Assembly: GCA_035500455.1 (NCBI GenBank)
Contig: DATJXG010000089.1
Coordinates: forward strand, 1 to 47,578
Reading direction: 5' to 3'
Origin: Terriglobales bacterium
GTDB taxonomy: Bacteria; Acidobacteriota; Terriglobia; Terriglobales; Acidobacteriaceae
DNA: 47,578 nt
Shown here: positions 10,101 through 18,767 of the stretch, piece after piece
How the letters are laid out: each line of letters begins with the position of its first letter
Position numbering within the stretch: the first letter of the stretch is position 1
The notes under the pieces: model-generated
The model's database searches: none
What the model was told of the DNA's origin: nothing
The model's input: the letters and a program-made list of their open reading frames with translations, nothing else
Translations under genes and position numbers: made by a program

Positions 10101-10454
10101 ACCGCCGTAGGGGACGTTGACCGATTCGCCCGATTCGACCTTTCCACTATCCCAGACGTCGGCCTGGTCCTGCGCGAGCTTCTCGGCCGAGCTGGCGACG
10201 CGGATCTGATAGGCGGTCTGCTTGGCTCCGCGGCGGGAATCCTGCAGCCACCAGGAGAGCCGCGGATGCTGGATATCGATGCCCAGCGGCTCCTGCATGG
10301 CCTCGCACTCCAGATGAGTGGGAGCGCCACTCTCCGCCGCCAGCGTGGCCGGAACGGCGTTCAGCAGAGACGCGAGGACAAAAAATCCGACCAGCCCTGA
10401 AAACCAGCGCCAGACACAGCTTTCCCTGAGAGCGATCAGCTCACGTTTGCGCAC
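7179..10454 (-). CDS. alpha-L-rhamnosidase, glycoside hydrolase family 78
   Basis: 1091 aa. Hallmark DCPQRDERLGWMGDA, an N-terminal rhamnosidase-type beta-sandwich region, and a signal-like N-terminus. GTG start at 10454. Confidence 0.9.
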   Translation of the reverse strand: MRKRELIALRESCVWRWFSGLVGFFVLASLLNAVPATLAAESGAPTHLECEAMQEPLGIDIQHPRLSWWLQDSRRGAKQTAYQIRVASSAEKLAQDQADVWDSGKVESGESVNVPYGGPAVESRHRYYWQVRAWDQAGDPSPYSQATWWEMGLLSPQDWKAKWITRDLPAERGDYESGVKWIWAANENGLTNASAGKHEFRLRFNLGESPKDATLFITAKDNVAAWVDGRQVLEPSPATGYGEREPWGHFRVIPAGKLLSKGANVVAAEAIVNESRDNQNSAGFIALLRVTMRDGKIQRFVSGPDWKTAAQQTGNWFAKNFDDSSWPNAVAIADVGSEQVKFPWPALPASLLRREFSVAKQVRSARIYSTALGSYQLYLNGKRVGNDVLAPGWTDYSKRIVYQVYDVTSQVRQGGNALGAILGDGWYASGLSWLQTRYNFGPPPVRLLVQLEVEYSDGSRDSVVSDGSWKAAQSPILQSEIYSGEDFDARLEQSGWDQPGFAAARWEKVAIATTPEAPLVAEDFQPMRVELTLKPKTMNSPKPGVYIFDLGQNMVGWARLHVAGRAGTKVRLRFGEVLQNDGELYTANLRTAAATDTYILRGKGDEVFEPHFTFHGFRYIELTGYPGTPPQDAVEGVVFHTDAPFTIQFKTANAIVNQLWSNILWGQRGNFLSVPTDCPQRDERLGWMGDAEVFWRTAAFDANLASFSHKFTADIRDAQRASGGYTDVSPYAGNVSNSVAGWADAGVIIPWTAYLQYDDKTILRENWDAMEKWMTHLESANPNYLWLKERGNDYGDWLAIGSETSKDMIATAYWAYDAELMTRIAGALGRSDDEEKYRQVFDKVRAAFIHEYVKPDGTVGTGSQTSYVLALHMNLLPPGMRATAAEKLVEDIKAHDGHLTTGFLGTPYLMLELSNSGHSDVAYELLFNRTYPSWGYMIEHGATTMWERWNGDQMMGDPSMNSYNHYAYGAVAEWLYRYAAGIDESAESPGFHDIVLHPQFNRELGEAEATYESPYGKIASSWKAGGGTVTWDVTVPANTQAMLYFPGDVTAQILEGGADIRQSPGVSFVLRDPRKAVYEAGAGTYHFTIQR

Positions 10455-10570
10455 TTGTTCAACCCTCCCGGAGAACCGGCAACGGATTTCGTTGCCTTTA
10501 CCTTTTGGTAAACGCTCCAGTCAACCCCTGCTTTACAAAGTTTCCGTATTGTACTTATTTTCCCTTTGGA

Positions 10571-10600
10571 TTGACACCGGAATTCCTGGCGGCGTTAAAT
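10571..10600 (+). promoter_or_regulatory. candidate sigma70 promoter for the GH-A gene
   Basis: TTGACA at 10571-10576, an 18-nt spacer, then ttaaat at 10595-10600, about 50 nt upstream of the GTG at 10654. Sequence match only. Confidence 0.25.
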
Positions 10601-10653
10601 GTCTGCGGCTGAATCGGCTTTCAGCAAATCACTTTCATCGAAAGGTCTCCCCT

Positions 10654-12144
10654 GTGACCTCAAGGCTCGTTCGCCGGACGCTGGTTCTCCTGGTTTGCCT
10701 TCCGTTGGCTGCCCATGCCCAAAGTCCCAAGCCGCTGAAGATCGAAACCGACTGGAGCAAGATTTTGTTGACGTCGAAGTCCACCGCGACCTTGCAGGTG
10801 GTGGTGAATCCGCCGTTGCGGCGCGGCTCGGAGATTCATGACGCTGCCTTCCGCAATTTGAAGAACCTGGGGGCTGATTATGTTCGTTACGTTCCGTGGC
10901 TGCCTTATCCCAGGCTGGCGGTGGCGGAACTCGAGCCGCCAACGCCGACGACGACTTCCTGGGATTTCAGCTTGATTGATCCCATGACGGTTGACTTCCT
11001 GAACGCCACTGAGGGCCATTCTGTAATTCTGAACTTCAGCACCGCCCCGGCGTGGCTCTTCAAGACCGATGCGCCGGTGAAGTACCCCGAAGATCCCAAC
11101 GAGGTGACGTGGCACTACACGCAGGGCAGCGAACTAAAGGATCCCACCGGACAAGACCTTGCGGCCTACTATGCGCGCCTGGTGGACTGGTACACCAATG
11201 GCGGGTTCAGCGACGAGAACGGAAAGCGGCATGACTCCGGCCACCACTTCAATATCCCCTACTGGGAGGTTTTCAACGAGCCGGATATCGAGCATCATCC
11301 CACACCTGAGCAATATACGGAGCGCTATGACAGCATCGTCGCCGCCATCCGCAAGGACAACCCGCAAATGAAGTTCGTGGGGCTGGCGTTGGCGTTTCCC
11401 AGTACGCATCCCGAGATGTTTGAATACTTCCTCAACCACGCCAACCACAAGCCCGGAATCCCGCTGGATATGATCTCGTACCACTTCTACGCGACGCCGA
11501 CGCCGGAGCAGACCGCTGATCACTGGCAATACACCTTCTTTGACCAGGCCGACCGCTTCCTGGCCACAGTGCGCTACATCGAGGAGATTCGGAAACGCCT
11601 TTCGCCCGAGACCCGCACAACCGTAGATGAGATCGGATCGATTCTCTCCACCGATTTCGCCGAGCCTCCGCCGCCAATTCCCGACGCTTACTGGCGGCTT
11701 TCCGGGGCTCTATTCAGCTACATCTACATTGACCTGGTGCAGCAGGGAATCGATGTGATCGGAGAATCGCAACTGGTGGGCTACCCGACACAGTTCCCCA
11801 GCGTCTCTATGCTGAACTGGAAGAGCGGCGAGCCCAACGCGCGCCTCGCTACGCTGCAATTGCTGAAGGACAATTTTGGCCCTGGGGATCAGGTGGTCAC
11901 GACGAAGGCAGATGGCCAGGAAGTTGCGGCTCAGGCGTTCGAACATCAGGGAAAGAAAAAACTGCTGCTGGTGAACAAGAGGGACCGGTCGATCAGCGTC
12001 GAACTTCCCGGCGAGTTCTCGACGGCTACGCTTTCCACAATCAGTGGCGCCGCCGACGGGGCCAAACCGGTGCAGAGCGATTGGCACGGCACAACGCTCA
12101 CGCTTGCGCCATTTGCGGTAGTCGTGTTGGCGGCAGGCTCATAA
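10654..12144 (+). CDS. secreted clan GH-A TIM-barrel glycoside hydrolase (GH39/GH5-like)
   Basis: IPYWEVFNEPD carries the NEP acid/base motif of clan GH-A. Signal peptide LVLLVCLPLAAHAQS. I trimmed the start from ORF-track 10318 to the GTG at 10654, which follows aaagg, because the upstream 112 codons run through the divergent promoter region. Confidence 0.7.
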   Translation: MTSRLVRRTLVLLVCLPLAAHAQSPKPLKIETDWSKILLTSKSTATLQVVVNPPLRRGSEIHDAAFRNLKNLGADYVRYVPWLPYPRLAVAELEPPTPTTTSWDFSLIDPMTVDFLNATEGHSVILNFSTAPAWLFKTDAPVKYPEDPNEVTWHYTQGSELKDPTGQDLAAYYARLVDWYTNGGFSDENGKRHDSGHHFNIPYWEVFNEPDIEHHPTPEQYTERYDSIVAAIRKDNPQMKFVGLALAFPSTHPEMFEYFLNHANHKPGIPLDMISYHFYATPTPEQTADHWQYTFFDQADRFLATVRYIEEIRKRLSPETRTTVDEIGSILSTDFAEPPPPIPDAYWRLSGALFSYIYIDLVQQGIDVIGESQLVGYPTQFPSVSMLNWKSGEPNARLATLQLLKDNFGPGDQVVTTKADGQEVAAQAFEHQGKKKLLLVNKRDRSISVELPGEFSTATLSTISGAADGAKPVQSDWHGTTLTLAPFAVVVLAAGS

Positions 12145-12235
12145 TGTAGGCGGGGCGTCCTCGCCCGTGCGGCGCTTGCAACAGACCTGGAGTTCCGTGG
12201 CGCTGGCCGCACGGGCGAGGACGCTCGCGCCTACA
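12145..12235. terminator. long GC-rich hairpin between convergent genes (candidate bidirectional terminator)
   Basis: tgtaggcggggcgtcctcgcccgtgcgg (12145-12172) pairs with ccgcacgggcgaggacgctcgcgcctaca (12207-12235). It lies exactly between the stops at 12144 (+) and 12240 (-). There is no U-tract. Confidence 0.5.
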
Positions 12236-12239
12236 TTGG

Positions 12240-13658
12240 TTACTGCCGGTCGGAGACGAAGACGAAGTAGGAGCGCGCCCAGAGCGTCGTTGGAATCGCG
12301 CCGCGGGAGCGGGCGGTGACGATGATCTGGTAGTCATCGGAAGCCGCCAGACTTTCCGCGATGGACGGCCCCGCCGCCGGTTCCACTACCGCGAGATGAG
12401 CCAGGAATCGATAAATGTCGGGCTCGCCGCCGTAGCCCTGCGCCGCAAAGGAAACCTCGGCATTCTCATGAGCGAAGTGCCAGCCCAGGGAAGCTGCCAG
12501 CGCCACCGCTCTCTCGTAAGTCTCGCTCACCACAACGCCGGGCTCGGGGTTGTCGAAGACGATCCTCAGCTTGCGCTCGTCTTCGCGGCTGAACTCACGC
12601 ACTTTCAGCGAGCCGGATTTCGCCGTCGCCTTCCAGTCCACGTGGCGCGCGGAGTCTTCCGGCATGTATTCACGGATGCGATACAGATCGTAGCCCCTGC
12701 CTCGCACGAAGCTCTCAAACTCGCCGCTGATCAGGGGCAGCACTTCAAAAAATTCGTCAGGAGGCTCCACCGAAGGAAACACGATCACTTCCCGCGCGAG
12801 GGGAACGCGCCGGGTTTTGCTGAGGAAGGCGAAGGGAAAACGGGTGCAGATGCCGAAGCCGGTCTGCTGGTAACGGCCGCGGCGGTCAAACAGCAACTGC
12901 AGGTCGGCGGTGATCTCACTGTGCGCCGGAATGTAGGGGAAGTACGCGGTTCCCTGCAGGATTCCCGGCGGCGCAGGTCCGACGGATGCGCGGCGCAGGC
13001 GCCAGTCCCGCAGGCGAACCCACTGGCGTCGCGGCGGGCGTTTGGGAGGAAATCCAAAGGTAGTTTCCTCCCAGGTCCAGCGTTTTCCTTTTTTCTCTTT
13101 GGTGAGAGGCACCACGCTGATGGAGAACGACGGCATCCAGCGCCGGGGATTGCGCAGCACGATTCGCCCCGGAACGCTGCGCCGCGCGAACACATGTTCC
13201 GGCAGGCGCACATCGAGTTCGAGTCCGCGCAGGACCGCGGCCGAGGCCAGGCCGGAGACGATGATCGCCGCCAGCATGGCCGCCACCACGATGTAGAGCA
13301 GGTTGTTTCCGGTATTCAGGGCGGCGATGCCGACCACCAGCACCACGGTCACATAGATGATGCCGACGCGGGTTACCTCGTAATCGAGGGCTTCGCGCAA
13401 ACGGGCCGACGCGACGCGGCGCGCAAGATAGGGCACAGTGGTGATGCCCACGAACACCGCCAGCACCAGGGCGAGCGTCGCGAGAATGAGCGTGGTCCAG
13501 AAATTTCCCGATTCGCGGGAGACGGTGGAGAAGAGCGCGAAGGCGAAGGCGAGGACGAGGCCGAGGATCGCGCTGATGAAGCGGAACCACACTTCCGGCA
13601 GGCCGAACTGCCGGGATGCCGTCCCTGGGCCGAGCGCCGTTTTTGCGGCCGTTGACAT
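12240..13658 (-). CDS. DUF58 domain protein with N-terminal transmembrane segments
   Basis: HVDWKATAKSGSLKVREFSREDERKLRIVFD is the DUF58 signature (vWA-like, MoxR-associated family). There are 4-5 N-terminal hydrophobic helices. ATG at 13658. Confidence 0.8.
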   Translation of the reverse strand: MSTAAKTALGPGTASRQFGLPEVWFRFISAILGLVLAFAFALFSTVSRESGNFWTTLILATLALVLAVFVGITTVPYLARRVASARLREALDYEVTRVGIIYVTVVLVVGIAALNTGNNLLYIVVAAMLAAIIVSGLASAAVLRGLELDVRLPEHVFARRSVPGRIVLRNPRRWMPSFSISVVPLTKEKKGKRWTWEETTFGFPPKRPPRRQWVRLRDWRLRRASVGPAPPGILQGTAYFPYIPAHSEITADLQLLFDRRGRYQQTGFGICTRFPFAFLSKTRRVPLAREVIVFPSVEPPDEFFEVLPLISGEFESFVRGRGYDLYRIREYMPEDSARHVDWKATAKSGSLKVREFSREDERKLRIVFDNPEPGVVVSETYERAVALAASLGWHFAHENAEVSFAAQGYGGEPDIYRFLAHLAVVEPAAGPSIAESLAASDDYQIIVTARSRGAIPTTLWARSYFVFVSDRQ

Positions 13659-13862
13659 GGATCGCAGTTACGCCTGTCAGCTTATCAACTTGCACGCGGC
13701 GGAGAAAGGTTACCCGCGGCGGCGGGCCTCCGGTTTGCATTTGCTGATGTGAGCTGTTGAAGGCGAACCACATCTTGAGGCTCAAAAACTGACGCCCGCA
13801 TTCACCAGACTCCTGAACGCGGGCGCCGCATTGACCCGGCAAGTGATTGAACTCAGCTGGTT

Positions 13863-14183
13863 CTAGCTTTTAGCTGCCCCCAGGCCGTCGCGCCACGCCA
13901 TGATCTCCAGTTCGGCCCGCACCGCGTCCATCACCGGAACTACCGGGCGCGCCTCCATGGTGAAGGCGGGAAGCATGGAGCAGAACTTGTGCACCATGAG
14001 TGGATCGTCGCAGTCCACCAGCAGGTGCCCGCCCCAGTCGCCCACCCGCACCACGAAAAACTCAATCTTGAAGTTGGCAGGCGCCTTCCACTGCCCGAAC
14101 ACCTCAAGGATTCGCTTCTGTGCATTCTCATACTCGGCCGGCGAACCTTGTGGACGTTCGTTCCAGCTGATCACGTATTTCAT
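13863..14183 (-). CDS. small conserved protein, DUF3303-like
   Basis: 106 aa. The pattern MKYVISW..RP...........F..W........F.V.....GG.LLVDCDD......F......F...ARPVVPV resembles DUF3303 members as I recall them. Needs an HMM check. Confidence 0.45.
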   Translation of the reverse strand: MKYVISWNERPQGSPAEYENAQKRILEVFGQWKAPANFKIEFFVVRVGDWGGHLLVDCDDPLMVHKFCSMLPAFTMEARPVVPVMDAVRAELEIMAWRDGLGAAKS

Positions 14184-14276
14184 CGCACTCTCCTTTGGAA
14201 AATCGTATGACCGATCTACAGCCGCCTGAGTGTACTACCCAGCGCTGAGTCTCAGGAAAGAAGACGCCGCGCCGGC

Positions 14277-14537
14277 TCACCCTCCCGTGCGACGCATAAG
14301 GTCGCTGACTTTTTCTTTAGCCTTGTCGGCCATGGCGTGCAGCTTGGGGAAACGATTGAGCAGCTTGTTCAGCAGGTGGTGAGCCCAAACATATTCTGTA
14401 GAGAGAATGATCAGCCCGATGAGCAGAAACAGCACCCCCTGCAGGATCGGAAGAAACAGGCCGGCGATTCCCAGAGCGATGAAACCCCAGCCGGCAGCCA
14501 GAGCCAGAATCCGCTTCACGCGCGGGTTAACCGCCAA
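14277..14537 (-). CDS. small two-helix membrane protein (PGPGW/YbaN-like)
   Basis: 86 aa. GWGFIALGIAGLFLPILQGVLFLLIGLIILSTE gives two TM helices joined by a short turn. TTG start 4 nt after the upstream hydrolase stop, preceded by gagga. Confidence 0.5.
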   Translation of the reverse strand: MAVNPRVKRILALAAGWGFIALGIAGLFLPILQGVLFLLIGLIILSTEYVWAHHLLNKLLNRFPKLHAMADKAKEKVSDLMRRTGG

Positions 14538-14543
14538 GTTTCC

Positions 14544-15443
14544 TCACGATCCCTCCCGTCGAAAGGCGCGAGAGGTGCTCTCCAGAAACGCCGCCACTTC
14601 GCGGTTGAACTCGTCGGGAACTTCCTCGTAGGGAAGATGGCCAACGCCCGGAAGCATGCGCACCCGGCAATCGTGGAATTCCTGCTTGAGCCTCTGCGCG
14701 GAGGCAGGATCAACCGCGTTGTCTTCAGCCCCCCAGAGCAACAAAGTGGGAATGTGGGAAATCCGCGGCAGCGAGAGTTCCAACTCGCGTAAGTCCGGCT
14801 GCCAGGTGCGCAGTACTGAAAGGCCGTACTGAAACGCGCCCGGCATGGAAAAGGGGGCCGAGTAGCCCTCCAGGGTTCCCGGGCGGATTCGCCGCGGATC
14901 GCCATATAGATTGCGCAACAGGCGTCCATGAGCAAACTTCAAAAAGGGAGCAACCCGCTGAAAAACCGGCGCCACCCAGGGATTGCTGAGAAAAGCAGCC
15001 ATACGGCTGCCGTAAAGAGACCAGGGATTCACCGGCGCGACCAGGATCAAACGGTGAATACGCTCGGGCGCGATAGCCGCTGCTCGCATGGCCACCGCGC
15101 CGCCGTGCGAGGTTCCCAGCAGATCGCAGGAGACCATGCCGGCCGCATCCAGAAAGCGCAGGAGACGTTGCGCGCTGGCGTGCAGGCAGCAGTCTAGCTC
15201 GGGCGGGCGATCGGAGAATCCCACGCCCAGCATATCCACGGCATGCACCGTGTAGTTATTCGCCAACGCGGGAATGGCGTAGCGCCAGGAGAAGGAATAT
15301 CCCAGCAGGCCGTGCAGCAGGAGTAGCGGAGGCCCCAGCCCGTCGCGCAGGTAGCGCATGCGCGCCCCGTCCAGAGTGATCCAATGGTCCTCGAAGGAAA
15401 TTGGTTGGTTGGCGGCTGGCAAGACCAAAGTCTCTTTTTCCAT
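14544..15443 (-). CDS. alpha/beta-fold hydrolase
   Basis: LLLLHGLLGYSFSW (HG oxyanion motif), GTSHGG (GxSxG nucleophile) and a C-terminal GHLPYEE His motif. I prefer the ATG at 15443, after gagaaagga. The ORF-track TTG at 15467 is the alternative. Confidence 0.8.
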   Translation of the reverse strand: MEKETLVLPAANQPISFEDHWITLDGARMRYLRDGLGPPLLLLHGLLGYSFSWRYAIPALANNYTVHAVDMLGVGFSDRPPELDCCLHASAQRLLRFLDAAGMVSCDLLGTSHGGAVAMRAAAIAPERIHRLILVAPVNPWSLYGSRMAAFLSNPWVAPVFQRVAPFLKFAHGRLLRNLYGDPRRIRPGTLEGYSAPFSMPGAFQYGLSVLRTWQPDLRELELSLPRISHIPTLLLWGAEDNAVDPASAQRLKQEFHDCRVRMLPGVGHLPYEEVPDEFNREVAAFLESTSRAFRREGS

Positions 15444-15521
15444 TCCTTTCTCGCCGCCACCGGACAACTCTTTTCCCGCCGGCGCAGTCTATGTAGGTGA
15501 TATCGCCTCTGTCGCCTTGAT

Positions 15522-15545
15522 TTGGGGAGCAAATTTGCTCCCCAA
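15522..15545. promoter_or_regulatory. perfect 24-bp palindrome in divergent promoter region
   Basis: ttggggagcaaatttgctccccaa is perfectly self-complementary. On the + strand it is followed by aactttttg, which looks like an intrinsic terminator, but no + strand gene ends here. Confidence 0.4.
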
Positions 15546-15802
15546 CTTTTTGCTGCCGCCTCGCCCGCAGTTGCACGTTGCAAAACGCGATTCTACCGGA
15601 GACAGGGCAGAGGAATCCCGAATCAAGCAGGAATGCGCGATTCTTTCCTACCCCGGTGCACCCGCGGCGCAGGCTCGGCCCGTGGTCCAAGTCAGCGATC
15701 GATTCGGGCCGGGCTGAAATCGGCTAACTGTATCGCCGCCAGACGATTACGGAGCGCCATAGAATCCTTCCAAAAAACATAGCATTACTCACAGGCCGCC
15801 TC

Positions 15803-15808
15803 TATAAT
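15803..15808 (+). promoter_or_regulatory. candidate -10 box (TATAAT) upstream of sensor kinase
   Basis: Exact tataat at 15803-15808, with only a weak -35. If real, the transcription start lies downstream of the ORF-track TTG at 15810, which favours the ATG at 15861 or 15927. Confidence 0.3.
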
Positions 15809-15860
15809 CTTGGAAGTCATTGACTTTGGGCAACTTAGAGGTTTTATCTCAAACCCTATC

Positions 15861-18767
15861 ATGGCAGCGAACGTGCAGAAGTCCTTAGCTGGTTCCGGCA
15901 TTCGCGGCGCTTCGCCGGTGGGGTTCATGAAGAGCGAGTTCCAAATCCGGTTCGCTGCCGGGTTGCTGTTTCTGGCGACTCTTGCGGCGGTGGTTCTGGG
16001 CTGGATTAATTTCCAGAAGGAACACGAATTCCAAATCCCCACGGATGGAACCTGGTGGGTGGAAAAAAGCGGCGCGCTGGTCGCTGAGCGAATTGAATCA
16101 GAAGGGCCGGGAGCCAAGGCCGGCATCAAAACCGGCGATCGACTGGCGGCCATCAACGGCCAGAACATCACCAGTTCGGCTGAGCGCGTACGCGAGCTTT
16201 ATTCAAGCGGCCCCTGGTCAAAAGTTACCTACTCGCTGATCCGAAATGGCATCCCGGTGGACGCGGCGGTAATTCTGGTCCCTGCCGATAAGTCCCTCTA
16301 CAACTGGCTGCGTTTCATCGCGCTGATCTATCTTGGAATAGGGATCTACGTTCTTCTGCGGCGCTGGACCGCGCCCAGTTCCACGCACTTCTACATCTTC
16401 TGCCTGGTCTCGTTCGTTTTCTACTCATTCCACTACACCGGCAAGCTGAACCAGTTTGACTGGACGATTTACTGGGGCAACGTCGCCGCCTGGCTGCTGC
16501 AGCCCGCGTTGTTCCTGCATTTCGTGCTGGTGTTCCCGGAGAAGCGGGCGGTGGTGCGCCAGCACCGCTGGGCGGTTTCGCTGATTTATCTGCCCGCGGT
16601 GGTGCTGTTCAGCATCCACCTGCTGATTCTGCGGCTGGCGGCGGCCAGCGAGTCGGTGCGCTGGAACCTTGACCGCTCGCAGATGGCATATCTCGCCACC
16701 TATTTCGCGCTGGCGGCGGCGGTGCTGTGGGACAGCTATCGTCAGGCCGCCACGCCGATTCTGCGCCAGCAGTTGAAGTGGGTTACGCGCGGCACCATTC
16801 TGGCGGTGGCTCCATTCACCCTGTTTTACGTTGTGCCCTACCTCACCGGCTCGCTGCCGACGGTAGTGATGAAGATCTCGGTTCTCTCGCTGGGCCTGCT
16901 GCCGCTGACCTTCGGCTACGCCATCTTCCGTTACCGGCTGATGGACGTGGACCTAATCTTCAAGCGCGGCATGGCTTACACACTTGCAGCGGCGGCCATC
17001 GTGGGGATTTACTTTGCCGTCGTGGCCGGGGTGGCCGAGCTGGTGCACATGCAGGTGCCCAGCTCCGGCCCTGCCGGTCTGATGATCGCCATCGGCGCCA
17101 CCGCCCTGCTGTTCGACCCGGTGCGCAAGTGGATTCAGGAGCGCATCGACCAGTTCTTCTATCGCACGCGCTATGACTATCGCAAAACCCTGATCGAATT
17201 TGGGCGCGAACTCAGCGCGGAAACCGACCTCGACCGCATGCTCAGCTCCATCGAGATGCGCCTTTCGCGCACCTTGCTGGTGGATCGCATGGCGATCTTC
17301 CTTTCGGTGGGAGAGCCGCCGCGGCAGCGCTTCTCGCTGGCCAAGTCTTTCGGGCTTACCCACACCAGCGCCCTCGACCTGAGCTTCCTCAGCGTTCCGC
17401 GCCCTGAAATGGAAGAGGGGCATCTTTTCCTCGAAAACACGCACCAGGTGCCGCGGGAAACGCCGAGCGCCCGCGAAACGGTGGCCAAGCTGGACCTGAA
17501 CTACTACATCCCCTGCCGGGCGCAGCACAAGACCATCGCCTTCCTCGGCCTGGGCAAGACGGCGCAGGGCGATTTCCTCTCCAGCGAAGACATCGAGCTG
17601 CTCGAGACTCTCTCCGGCTACATCGGCATCGCCATTCAGAACGCCCGCCTCTACGCGTCTCTCGAGCAGAAAGTCGCCGAGTACGAGCGGCTGAAGGACT
17701 TCAACGAGAACATCGTCGAGTCGATCAACGTGGGCGTGCTGGCGGTGGACCTGGCCGACCGCATCGAGTCCTGGAACTCACAGATGGAAGCGATGTACGC
17801 GCTGCCCCGCTGGCAGGCGCTGACCAAGCCGCTGAGCGAAGTGTTCCCCGCGGCTTTTCTGGAAGAGTTCTACCGGGTGCGGCAGAGCCCGGGAATTCAC
17901 AATCTCTACAAGTTCCGGCTCAGCAGTCCTGCCGGAGAGATGCGGACGGTGAATGTCGCGATCGCGCCACTGGTCACGCGCAAATTCAACGTGATCGGCC
18001 GGCTGATCATCATGGATGACATCACCGAGCGCATGGAGCTGGAAGCACAGCTCTCGCAAGCCGACAAGCTTTCCTCCATCGGGCTGCTCGCGGCCGGAGT
18101 CGCCCACGAAGTCAATACGCCCCTTGCGGTCATTTCGTCCTACGCCCAAATGCTCTCCAAGCAACTGCAGCAGGACCCGCAAAAAGGAGCGCTGCTGGAA
18201 AAGATCACCAAGCAGACGTTCCGCGCTTCGGAGATCGTCAATAACCTGCTCAACTTCTCGCGCACCAGCGGCACCGAATTCACCGAGGTTGATCTCAACA
18301 AAGTTATCCTCGACACCCTCACCCTGCTCGACCATCAGTTCAAGACCACGAAAATCCAGATTGAAGACGAACTCTCAGACCACCTGCCGCTGGTGAGCGG
18401 AAACCCCGGGCGCTTGCAGCAGGTGTTCCTGAACCTTTTCCTCAACGCCAGGGATGCGATGCCGGGCGGTGGAACCTTGCACATCGCCACCAGCAATGGA
18501 GATTTCGTAGGCGTCTCGGTTTCCGATACCGGGGACGGCATTGCACAGGAGCACATCCACCGCATCTACGATCCCTTTTTCACTACCAAGACGGCGCCTC
18601 GTGAAGGGCAAGGCAAAGGCACCGGGCTAGGGCTCTCGGTGACCTACGGAATCATTCAGGAACACTCCGGGAAGATTCGCGTGGACAGCCGTCCCGGCGA
18701 GGGCACCACGTTCTATCTCGAGTTCCCCTTGGCCAGCCCCGCGAACAAGAAGACGGTCAATGTCTGA
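15861..18767 (+). CDS. multidomain sensor histidine kinase (TM, PDZ, polytopic membrane module, GAF-like, PAS, HisKA, HATPase)
   Basis: PDZ-like GPGAKAGIKTGDRLAAINGQNI sits after the first TM. It is followed by about 6 hydrophobic helices, the H-box GVAHEVNTPLAV, the N-box LNLFLNARDAM, and G-boxes DTGDGI and GTGLGL. The start is uncertain: 15810, 15861 or 15927. Confidence 0.9.
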   Translation: MAANVQKSLAGSGIRGASPVGFMKSEFQIRFAAGLLFLATLAAVVLGWINFQKEHEFQIPTDGTWWVEKSGALVAERIESEGPGAKAGIKTGDRLAAINGQNITSSAERVRELYSSGPWSKVTYSLIRNGIPVDAAVILVPADKSLYNWLRFIALIYLGIGIYVLLRRWTAPSSTHFYIFCLVSFVFYSFHYTGKLNQFDWTIYWGNVAAWLLQPALFLHFVLVFPEKRAVVRQHRWAVSLIYLPAVVLFSIHLLILRLAAASESVRWNLDRSQMAYLATYFALAAAVLWDSYRQAATPILRQQLKWVTRGTILAVAPFTLFYVVPYLTGSLPTVVMKISVLSLGLLPLTFGYAIFRYRLMDVDLIFKRGMAYTLAAAAIVGIYFAVVAGVAELVHMQVPSSGPAGLMIAIGATALLFDPVRKWIQERIDQFFYRTRYDYRKTLIEFGRELSAETDLDRMLSSIEMRLSRTLLVDRMAIFLSVGEPPRQRFSLAKSFGLTHTSALDLSFLSVPRPEMEEGHLFLENTHQVPRETPSARETVAKLDLNYYIPCRAQHKTIAFLGLGKTAQGDFLSSEDIELLETLSGYIGIAIQNARLYASLEQKVAEYERLKDFNENIVESINVGVLAVDLADRIESWNSQMEAMYALPRWQALTKPLSEVFPAAFLEEFYRVRQSPGIHNLYKFRLSSPAGEMRTVNVAIAPLVTRKFNVIGRLIIMDDITERMELEAQLSQADKLSSIGLLAAGVAHEVNTPLAVISSYAQMLSKQLQQDPQKGALLEKITKQTFRASEIVNNLLNFSRTSGTEFTEVDLNKVILDTLTLLDHQFKTTKIQIEDELSDHLPLVSGNPGRLQQVFLNLFLNARDAMPGGGTLHIATSNGDFVGVSVSDTGDGIAQEHIHRIYDPFFTTKTAPREGQGKGTGLGLSVTYGIIQEHSGKIRVDSRPGEGTTFYLEFPLASPANKKTVNV

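Noticed and set aside
12396-13655. 419-aa ORF on the + strand
   Set aside because: It is antisense to the DUF58 gene and has Arg/Gly/Asp-rich low-complexity sequence with no recognisable domain.
14277-14537. The small protein ending in ...RRTGG as the missing ubiquitin-like sulfur carrier
   Set aside because: It is a two-helix membrane protein and cannot adopt a beta-grasp fold. It also lies 26 kb from the cysM and mec genes.
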